A stretch of 64,000 nt of DNA, from assembly GCA_964187785.1 (NCBI GenBank), contig OZ076413.1, positions 49,850,001-49,914,000 of the forward strand, read 5' to 3'. Of the stretch, positions 38,701 to 50,700 are shown in pieces. The number at the start of each line of letters is the position of its first letter. Position 1 is the stretch's first letter. The DNA comes from Amphiscolops sp. MND2022. Its lineage: Eukaryota. The position numbers and the translations under genes were made by a program. The notes below the pieces were generated by a model that saw only the letters and a program-made list of their open reading frames with translations, searched no databases and was not told the origin of the DNA.

Positions 38701-41700
38701 AATCTGAACAAACTCATTTTAAATGGTTTAGAATTCCCCATGAAAATTAAAGATATTCCCAAGTTTGAAAACTTAAATAATTTAAACGTAAATGTATTTG
38801 AACTCACAAAAACAGTTTTAACACCAATTCATATTAACACAAACTATGATCAACCACAAATAGATTTAATGCTGTATCAAAATCACTATTGTTTAATAAC
38901 AAAACTACATTGTTTATTAAATAAAGATTCGCACATGAAATGGGTGTGTAGAAGATGCCTAACTGCATTTAGTTCACAACCAGTTCTATTTGATCATATA
39001 GAAAGATGTATAAAACAACAACCAACTAATATCACATTCAGTTGGAAGGATCACTTAAAGTTCGAAGATTATCATATGAAAGTTCCCATACCAATAAGAG
39101 TATATGCAGATTTTGAATGTATTAATCAACCAACAGACGACCGCGAAGCTGCACCCCAAGTATTATTTAAACAAATTCCAATTGCAGTAGGGTTTTATAT
39201 AATTTCACCATTTGGGAACAAGTATTGCTCATACTTTGGTGAACCGTGTACCGAAGGCCAGCAAAGCGCCGTAACATGGTTTGTAAATGAAATGTTGACT
39301 CTAGAAAACATTGCTAGTAACTATTTTGAAACAAATTTACCTCTTGAAATAACCCCCGAAGAAGAAGAATCATTTCAACAATCCAAAGTGTGTTGGCTTT
39401 GTGAAAATCCACTCGGTGAGGATAAAGTTCGAGATCATGATCATCTTACAGGCAAGTACCGAGGAGCAGCCCACAACAAATGTAATTTAAATTGTAAAAA
39501 AAAGTCAAGTTCGTTTGTTCCTATCTTTTTCCATAATTTCAGTGGTTATGATTGTCATCTTATCTTTGAAAAATTCTTAGCACAAGCTTACAAAATGGGG
39601 TGTGAACCAAAAATAATCCCAAAGTCAATGGAAAATTATGTAAGTGTGCAAGTAGGTTGTTTAAGGTTTTTAGATTCATACAGATTTTTGAGTAGTAGTC
39701 TACAAAAACTTATAACATCATTAAATGATTTTCCTTATATGCAAAACGAGGGCCTAACTGATGATTTATTTAAGAAAAAACTAGCTTATCCATACGAAAA
39801 ATTCAATCTTAACAACCTGCGCGAAGCTACGCGCAAAGCTACACATGAACCACTAAATCTAAATCTAACAAAAGAGGACTATTGGTCAACACTGAATCAA
39901 TCTTACCCATGCGAGGATGATATAAAAAGAACCCAACAATTGATTGACACTTACAACATTACAACAGCACAAGAATTAACAATGTTATATTTAAAAATGG
40001 ATGTACTACAACTCACTGACGTGTTCGAAAACTTTGTTGAAACAAGCACTCTTATGTACGGCATCAATCCGTTGTACAGTTACTCTTTACCTGGTTATAC
40101 ATGGAAAGCTGGTTTAAAACTTACTAAAATTAAATTAGATTTCATAAAAGACAAACAGTTATTATTACTACTTGAAAATAATATTCGCGGAGGAATTTCA
40201 AGTGTAATGGGACCCAGATTCATTGAGTCAAATGAAAATACTAAATTACTGTACATTGATGCAAATAACTTGTATGGATGGGCAATGAGTCAATACCTTC
40301 CTACAAGTGAATTCGAAAAACTAGATTTCCCAGAAGGGTATACACTAGAACAAATAGTAAAAGATTTGAGATTTATTCCAGACAATAATGAATATGGATA
40401 CTTTATAGAATGTGACATGATTTATCCAGCTGAAATTAAAGAAAAAACCGAAAATTTTCCACTTTGTCCTTATCAAACAAAAGCCGATCCAAATCTTTTC
40501 TCAGAATACATGAACAGTGTAAAACAACCCAACTACAAACCAACCGAGAAACTTATGTGTGACCTAACAAACAAATATAATTATATGATGCACTACAGGA
40601 TGTTCAAGTTTTACACACAGATTGGAATGAAAGTAACAAAGATTCACACAATCTACCGGTTCAAACAATCACTTTGGTTAGAAAAATACATTAATCATAA
40701 CACACAAAAACGCACCAAAGCAAAAACAAACTTTGAGAAGGACCTCTATAAATTAATGAACAACGCTTTCTTTGGCAAGACTATGGAAAATGTTAGAGAA
40801 CGGACTAATTTAGAGTTTATCCCCCACACCAATATTGATCAAATAATAAAAAGACAATCGAAGTTAAGCTTTAAAGGTATTGTAAATCATTACTCCGAAT
40901 TCAGTATTTACAAGTTTGATAAGGAAAAAGTAATTTTTGATAAACCAATATACTTGGGGTTTAGTGTTTTAGAACTGAGTAAATTGTTTATGTATGAGTT
41001 TTATTATCACAAATTACAACCATACTACGGAGATAAAATTAAACTGCATTACATGGATACAGACTCATTCATTCTAAGTATTAAAACTGGAGACCTTATA
41101 AATGATTTGGAATACTTCAAAGATGATTTTGATTTTAGTGAGCTTGACCCAAGTCACGAGTTGTACAATTCTATTAACAAGAAAGTTATAGGTAAAATGA
41201 AAATAGAAACATCACCAATTATTGAATTAGACAACTTCGTAGCTTTGAGATCTAAATCATATTCTTTTAGCTATGGCTCAGCACAAAAACTAACGCAAGA
41301 GGCAAAGCAAAGAACAATTCAGAAATCAAAACAAAAAGGAATACAACATACACCAATTTATTCTCAATTTATAAATTCATTATTTAACTCTGAAACAACA
41401 ACTGCAACTAATTATTCTATTAGAAGTAATGCTCACAACTTAACTGTTCAGAAACAAGATAAGCTAGCTTTGAATCCTTTTGATGACAAGCGTATGTACT
41501 TGAATCCAATACAAAGTTTATCATGGGATAAACACACACAAAAAGGTGATTGCCCTTGCATACTTTGTATAAAATTAGTTGGCTTGTATTATGCCGAACT
41601 GAGCACAAGGGATGGCAAACCAATTCGGGATGAAGAATTATACTATAACATTTGGACTCTGAAAGAAAAATTGAATCATCAAGACCTTTTAAATCTGATA

Positions 41701-44700
41701 AGTGATCGAGCATACCTCTTATAATTATCATTATCATTTATTATAACATTATTATCACGTTAGTTATCACGTTAGTTCTCACATTATTATAATATTACGT
41801 TAGTTATCACATTATAATTCATTATTCCTCTCATATCAAATAATGTTAAATCAGGTCAAAATGCCTTTGCCCATCACTACTAATACTTATTAGTTTTGGG
41901 GTTAATACAAGTGCATAAGCTACAAAATTTGCTACATCAATGGCAGCATTAAATTTAAATTCTAAACGGATTGGTTGAGAAGCTATTTGGTCTTTTTGTT
42001 TGCTGAGGTCAAATACAAATAGGGGGTATTTTGTTCTGAATTTGTGCAAATCAATGAAGGGATTGAGCAGATGAGTTTCAGAATGTAAGTGATAGAAGTT
42101 TTCAATTTCACTGTATGCTTGATCATATTTGTCGCGGTCGTAGTCACATTCTATTCCATCATCGGGATACTTTTCTGATCCTATTTTACAAACAGCATTA
42201 CTAATTGGCAACCGGTCAAATACAGAGTTGTCATGAACCTGAGAATCAATTTTATTTCTAGCTTGAAATCCAACAATCACAAAAGTTGGACAGGACTCGC
42301 GATAGCTTCCGCCATTGTTGCTATTTCCGCCCGCACTGCCTAATTCAAATGTCCAATTCGAATTTGTGTTAACATCTTTTCTAAAAATAATTCGTTCTGT
42401 GAAAAATATTTCGGTTGGATCTTTATTTAGAATTTGGTCCATGACAAATTGTTGGTTTTCCAGTGATGGAACATAGTGTGGAATATACCAACCAATGTCT
42501 TTAATAACCACTTTTGCAGCATCCACTCCAACACTTCTTAAAATGGCGTCATTGTTATTGTTTCGTTTGAGAGTTAATGTGTAGCCCAACCCATAAGTTA
42601 TTTTTTCTTGATCAGCAAATCCAAACAAATCTTTTAGTTTTATTCTCACAAAAAAGGTTCCTTTCTCATTTTTGTTGTTTGTTAGTTCTTGTCTTCTGAC
42701 ACTAGTACTTTCTTCAAACCCATACAACAACTCACTTGTGGATTTAGTGCTTGTCAGAAGTTTATACATTAAAGAAATCAAGTGCAAATTGTCAACTTTC
42801 TCTAGGTGTTTCCCCGAACTTGTTAATTTGGCTTCACTAAATAGAGAGATTGGTCCAAAGTTAACGAGGCTTATTTCATCACCATCAGCATATCTTGTAT
42901 TATTGTTTTTAAGTACTTCAAATTCTAATGAGATGTATGAGTTTTGTAAACATATGTATGCATCTTCTCTTGGAAAACTAATTGTAGTATTCGAGTTTGT
43001 ATTGTTAATTGTCGCTAAACTACTAGGATTATACTTTATAAAATTAATTTTATGAATAGGTTTTTCAAGAGTGTATTTATTTTTTAAAGAAAACATATCT
43101 GTGTGCAAAGCTGCGTTATTGCTCATTTATAATTAAAAAAAATTGTGAAAGCTATCGCGAAAGCTTCGCGAAACTACGTGGGCACAGCTTCGCAAATTAC
43201 TCAAACTTGTGGAAAATATTCATACTTTCTAAAGTTTTGTTGTTAGAGTCAAAGTCGAATATGCTTCTTAAAAGTTCTTGTTCATAATATTTTCCTTGAA
43301 TAATATCTCCGTTTTCATCATTTAAAGTGTATGTTACTGGGTTTGTTTTGTTGATGCTGTGTATTTTAAAAAGTTCTCTGTTCCAATTTGTTGTATAACC
43401 TTTTGAATAAATGTTCCTTTTGTCAGGAACTCTTACAAAATCTCCCACTTGGAATTTGGCGAAGCTGCGGTAGCTATCGCACGGTTGTTTCGGTTTATTA
43501 ACAAAGGTAGGTGGATCTATTGGTTTTTTACTGTGTAACTTCGTGGCTTCAATTGGTGTCATTTTTGTTGTACCATGCACCCTATTATTATACTTTTGTA
43601 AAGCAGCATCAAGGTGATTCAACCAATTACCTTTACCCTCAATATACATTGGTTCCTTAATTAAGTCCAGAAGTGTTCTATTGAAGCGCTCAACAAAAAC
43701 AGCCTTCAAATCTGAATGGGTTGAATAAATTTGAATGTTTTGCTCTTTTAAATAGTGTAAAAATGTTGTGTTGTAAAACTCTTTACCTCTATCACTCCAT
43801 ATTTTGTGTGGTTTTCTCTTCTCTTTTTCAATGAGACCTTTTAATGCAGCAGTTGTACTTTTTCCTGATTTATCTTTGAGGGGAATCGCCCATGCATATT
43901 TAGTATGATTGTCAATTATTGTGAAAACAAACTTGTAGTTTTTGTTGTATTTGCTTAAGCTTGAGCGATCAATTAAATCGATACTCCAACATTCATCTTT
44001 ATAGTGAGTTTGTATTTGAATTCTTTGAAACTTCTTAATTACAGGAGAGAAGATTTCTTTAACAATTTCTTTCTTTTTTTGATTCATTTATTATAGTTTT
44101 ATAACAATTTTTTGTAAATAAATGAATAATGATTATAAATATTATAGAAATAATGATCAAGGAGTTAGCACAGGAGTTGGCACAGGAGTTGGCACAGGTG
44201 ATGGAGCCAACAAACTGTATTGGTATCAGAAAACACAACTTTATAAAGTAATCACAAATCCTATGTTTATTGCATATTTAATTATATTTATAGTTATTAT
44301 TGTTGTAATATACTGGAATTATATTCGCCCCATGTTCTTTAAAAGAATTTATAAAAAACTACTACAATTTGACGGGTTCAAATACTCTCATCTGACAAAC
44401 CAGGAAGGTGAAGCTACAATCGAAGAATCCACACACACAGCATCTCATAGCAACACGCATAGCAACACACATTTCATAATTTATGGTAGTAGTGGCTCTG
44501 GGAAGACAAGTTTTTTAAAGCATTATTTAGCACAAGTTCCACGATTTTACGTTGTTTTTGGGCGAGATGAACGTGAGTTTCCCTCTCAAAATTTTGTACC
44601 ACTACTGCAGTTGGAGAAGGTTAATATTGAATTACTTGCTAATAAAATTGTTGTACTAGATGATGCAGGTGCATACAAGAACCTTAAAACAAAAGTAGAA

Positions 44701-47700
44701 GACTTATTTAGATATGGTAGACACTTGAATATAGTAGTGATATACCTTGCTCACTATGCAAAGGATGTTCTTCCAGTCGTGAGGGAAAATTGCTTCAAAA
44801 TATACTTAACAATTAATAACCCAGATAATTTCTTCGAGTCAATTGTACAAACTTATGGGTTCAAAGACGCAATTAGGGATGGATTCAATTGGAAATACTA
44901 CCGTGATCAGTTAGAATTTGGCATTATTGAATTTGACACAAGGAGCCAGAAATACAAGGTATTAAACAACAAGTACAAGTTAATTTATGATTCGAGCAAA
45001 CGAAGTGAGTGGAGCCCTGAAGATTATGTTGCTTATGAAAGTTACTTTTTCACTGGTGATGAATACAACAAATTGAAGATATTCTTAGAGGCAATGTCCG
45101 ACCAAACAATTGAAATAACACCACACAACATAGCTTATTATTATGTGTTTTATTGCAAACAAAATAACATTAAAGTGAATGAATCCAAAATAGACAACTA
45201 CGTACAACGCATGCAAAAACCACTAATTAGTGACTCAGTTAAAGAGAGCTTCAAGAACTTAATTTATGAGCATGCAAAAAGTTTTACTAAAAATAAGCTA
45301 TGAACTTCATATAATGTTAAGTGATTATTTAGTGATTATTTAGTGATTATTTAGTGATTAGTGATTATTTAGTGGAACCTTAGTGATTATTTAGTGATCT
45401 CTAAATTTCTCTAAGAATCTCTAAATTTCTCACTAAATCACTAAGGTTTCACTAAGGGCATTATTTTCACTAAATTTCACTATATTCTCTAATCTTAGAG
45501 AAATAAAATACTCTTAGAGATTCTTAGAGATTCTTAGTGAAACCTTAGTGATTTTGCTTAGTGATTACATAGTGATATTGAGTGATTATTAGAGGAATTT
45601 AGTGAAACTTTAGTGATTTTTTACTAAATAATACTAAATAAATGAATTGCTTAATTTGTAATAAAAGTAGTGAAAAAAGTTTATGTGATGATTGCTCTAG
45701 TAAAAAAGATGTAAAGACTGTGAAACTTTGAAGAATTGTAATACTTTTTATTCATACAAAAATGGTAAAATATACTCTTCATGCATTCAATGTTTTAATA
45801 AAAAGGTGAGGTGTGAATTTTGTAATAAGGAATTAAATAAAAGTTATTTAAGGTCACACATTAAAAACAACACTATAATCAACAGTATAATCAACACTAT
45901 AATCAGCATACTGGGGGTGGAGCTCTGCGCGGGGTTCTGTATGATTTACTTCCGCATGGCTATTCGCGAGAGCTCCCGCATGGCTATTCGCGAGGCACCC
46001 CTTCACACAGTAGTAATAATAATAATGTGGGTGCTAACGCGGAAGCTAACGCGAATAGCCCTGCGGGAGCTAACGCGGAAGCTGTCGCGAACGAAACTAA
46101 TAGAACATTAATAGTTGGCCCATCATTTTGTGGTAAGACTCATTTGTTGTTGAATAAATTACGATTGATTCGTTTGGAAGATCCAGAGAAACAAATTCGT
46201 ATCATTACAAGGAGTCCGGAACAATATGAGAATATTGATATGCAAGGAATAGAAGTGGAAGAAAATGTGGGGGATTTGGAAGAGTATAGGGGATGTTGTG
46301 TAGTATTTGATGATATGTTAGACTCCAACCAGAAATTGATTGATCCATTTTTTACTAGGGGAAGACACAAATCTTGTGATGTTTATTATTTATGTCAGAG
46401 TTATTTTGATGCACCAAAAAAGACAGTTAGAAACAATAGTAATATCATAATTTTATTTCAACAAACACTGAAAGATGTAGAACATATTCATAGGGACATA
46501 TCAGGTTTTGATATGTCTTATGAGGAATTCAAAAGTTTGTGTAGAGAAGCATGGAACGAAAAATTCAACTACCTTTTAATAAACAGATTGGAAGATAAAA
46601 ATGGGAGTAGGTACAGGATTTGTAATGAATCTAATCCAAATTACAAGATCTTTAATCCACAAACTGATCCTTTAAGTAATTAAGTTGCTTTGTGTGGAAC
46701 TTCGTATATTTTGGTGTTGAGAAGGTGATATGCATTCATACTCCAATAACTTGTCTATAATTGCAATAATTTCTTCATTAATCAAAAAACTATCATTTCC
46801 TCCAACTTTTTCAAAATAAAGTAATTTCAATTTATCCACTAATTCGTCTGGGTCAGATGGGAGGAAAATGTACTGTTGTGTGGAACTTCGTGAATATTCG
46901 CGATAGCTATCGCGCAATCCACTTCCTGTGAAGCCCTGTGTGTAGTCCTGTGTGGGAGCTGTCGCGTTAGCTGTCGCGTTAGCTGTCGCAGAGCTCCCCA
47001 CATAGCCTTGTGTGAAGCCCTGCATATATTTATACAATTCTTTAATAAATTGATATCTGTATGATTTTTTATCTCCATAATTTAGATCATATTTCATATC
47101 ATTTAAGAAGTTATAAATTGGCTCCCAGTTATTTATTTGTTTGTCAAATTTTGTATTAGTTATAAAATGTTGAAGATCTGGATCATTTAAATTGTATGAA
47201 TTCCCATTCTCGAAAGTCATTGTTGAACCTTTGATTAGTACTTGTTGTGGGTTATGGGGATTAATTATGAATATATTTGGATAGTCTTGTATAAATGGTT
47301 CTAAACTAAATTGACTTTTGTTTTTGTCATTAAGTAAATTAGAAACTGTTTTTACAATACTAGAATCAACTTGATTGGAAGTAACAAGACTCGTAAGAAG
47401 CTGATTATTACGATTCGTAATTTCATCATATTCTTGTATTCCTTCTTTAATTGATTTCTGTAAATTTTTATTCAAAGCGTTACTCGATTCTCGAATAGCC
47501 TGTGTTTGATTTTTTATTGCTTGTACCGTTTGTGAAGCTGCGCGCGAAGCTTCGCGGGTAGAATCATGTAGTGCTTGTATTTGTTTTTCATTTGATTCTA
47601 CCTGCTTTGTAGTAACAGGTTCAAAAACTTCTTCAAGGTCATAATGAAAGTCTTGTTTCCCTAGTTTCTCTTTTAATCTTTCTTTAAAAATTAAGGATTT

Positions 47701-50700
47701 TGTTTCTTGTAATTTTTTTAATTTTTCCAAGTCATCTCGGGTGTGAATTGAATACATTTATTAAGTATATTTAATGCATATAACTAGTGGATTTTCCCCA
47801 GATACAGACCTTTACCATTAGTTCTTGCTTTTCTGTTTGTGTTGCTTGTGTTAGCTGCTTTGCTGCCGCTTGCGTTGCCTGCTGCTTTGCCTGCTTTGCT
47901 GCGATAGCTTCCGCCTTTGCCCGACAATGCTTCAGCTTTGTATAGGCCCTTCCCTTGATGAACAAATTTAATAACATCGGGGGCAGTTGCGGCAATTAAT
48001 CGTGGATTTTTACTTGCTGCTGCAGTTCCAATATTTGCTGCTATTTCTAGAGCTCTTGCTGGGTTATTGAGTATTTTCTTTCCAACATTTTTGGCTGCAG
48101 AACCTAAATGTTTGAAAAAGTCCCCCAATCCTTCCCCATCTATTGTTCGTTCAGATACAATTAGACTCTTATTTCTGTTACACACTACACAGTTGCCACG
48201 TAATGTGTGTACGGGCCTACCCATCTGTATCCCAGTGTTTGTAATTTCTCCATGAACATTTGTGGTGGGAGAATAATGTTTGCAACCAACACAATATGAA
48301 TTATTTATAAATTTATTATAACTCATTTATTAGAAAAAAATTGTATTAAATCCTATCATATTTTGATGATTTGAATTGTGAAGGTGAGTGTCTCCCCGTT
48401 GAAATCAACTGAATCATGATTAGAGTCCTCGAGGAAAAATTGGATGGTGTCCAGTCGTGTTTTGTTAATTGATTTGTACAAAACAGTTGTGGGTTCTTTT
48501 ATAATTTTATATCCGGGAGGTGCGCTTAAATTGAAAGAAAATAAAATTTGCTCTCGTATACCATTAACAATTGAACCATCTACACAGTCGCACTTCAGAT
48601 GAACTTTGTCGGTGGTTGTTATCATGACTGGTTTTTCTGAAGTGTGAGTTCCGGGTGGGTACACTGTGTGTGTAAAGCCCAAGACTGTGTTAAGTTTGGA
48701 GTTAAATTGAATATTGTTTGAGGTTGTTAAAACTGATTTCATTGATATTGTGTCAGGTATTAAATCAAATTTGAAATCATAATCACTTTCATTAATTTTT
48801 TGTTTAATAGCATTATTTATATCAACTAGTTCATAAACTCCTGGTGTTAGATAAATTTCAAAGAAATCGTTTTCAACAATGTCAAAAGGGGGTAAATTTA
48901 TTTGATTTATTTGGTTTGCTTGGTTTATTTGGTTTACTTCGTCATCTTCGTCATCTTCGTGATTTCCTTGGGTTGTTTGGTTTACTTCGTGCGGAGCTGT
49001 GTGTGAAGCTTCATCCTCCAAAATTATTTCCTCCCACTTTATTTCTTTCCAATTTATTTTTGCCTGTTTTAGGTGATCTTTGTATTCTTTAATTATTCTT
49101 TCTCGATTTAGTTTTGCGAGGCTTTGCTCTTGTTTTAATTTTTCTTGGTTTATTGTTTCCTGGTTGAGGCGATTGTTGTATAATTCATTGAGTGATTTAA
49201 CTATCTTTGTTAAATAATCGAAATCCATTCTAGTAAGTTTATTCTTTTTAGAATAACTATTAGTAATAAGTTTATTGGCCTTTTCTACAAATTCATTATA
49301 CTCACTAAGTGTGTAAGGTTTACCAAAATAAGTAACGTATAAATCTTCAACAAACAGTATTAATCCACTATCAAGTTTAAGTTCTTTGAGTTGTTGATCA
49401 TTCAGAATAATTTGTAGTTTGTTATTCTTTTCAGTAATGTTATATACAGTGTTGTATACTTCTAAACTTGTTACTCCCATCATCCATTTTTCAGGCAGTA
49501 GTAATGGAACATCAAATGAGAAAGATTCTTTCTGTTTAGTCATTTTAAATTCTAGAGTTTCTTGTGGTTTAGAATGAGTATTTTCAACAATTTCTTGATT
49601 AGATTTTGCAATACTTAAAAGAAGAGATTCTTTTTTATCATATGTTACGAAGCTTGATAGATCCATTTATTAGGAAAAAATCCTTTTTTCTCAGCTTCGC
49701 ACACAGCTTCGCGGAGCTGCGGTAGCTATCGCGCATTATAGATTAAATTGTTTGAATCCACTAGCGGAAATGTTATTTATAAATTCTTGCCTATCTTTTG
49801 ATAATGTTTTCTTATGCGGCTTCTAATTCTTAATTTTCTTCATTTATTAAGTTTGAAAGTTTGGTAGTATAAATTTAGTACTGCATTTTTGAACCCAATT
49901 TTATTTGTGAGATACAGTGTGTATAAACAATACGCCGCGCAATAACTGTCGTTGGTCTGAATTTGATATTCTGAATAAATACCATTTTTAATATGATTAA
50001 GTATATTAGTTGGGGGTGGGCAGCCATATGAATCAAAATAATTTTGATTTGTAAACATAACCCAATGTGTTCCCACTGAGGGATGTAAGTTAACTATACC
50101 ACTGGTAGTGTTAAACTTATCATCTCTCATGTATATTGCACAGCTTTGCCCACACACTGTATTTATTTCGCCGGAGGCACCAAGCCTATCAAGTATTTCT
50201 TTTATTTTTACATTGGAAGTTGCTTCGTTTTTTAGTCCGTATTTTTCAACAAATTCTTTGAATGATAAATAATTGCGAAGCTGCGCCATTTATTAGTTAT
50301 TTTTCATTGGTGTGTATTAATATTGTACGAGGCTGCGCGTGGCTAAAATTATTTCCCATGTGGTAAAAATACAAAACCCATAGGCATGCTCATTAGCATA
50401 TGCATTGGCATGCCTATGGTAAACTCAAAGCCCATCGGGAGTCCGTTCCACTAAGAGTTTCCACAGCAGGGATTATCCTTTTTAAGAACTGTGCCATTGG
50501 TGATTATTCTCCCATAACATGTAAGTTGTAACAAAGACTGGGGGACGTTGGATAGAAGTGAACCCCAAACACTCCGGCCGAAGCCTTAACTTTAGTCAAT
50601 GCTATAACCACTAGGCTATGGGAGACAAAAATGTGTTAGTTGTAGTTATATAAGAATAACGTATGCGCCGGTACATTAACGTTGGTTGCACGTTAACGTT

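Noticed and set aside
45316..45630. CRISPR-like array
   Set aside because: Repeats are ~11 bp, adjacent or inverted, without unique spacers; eukaryotic context and no cas genes.
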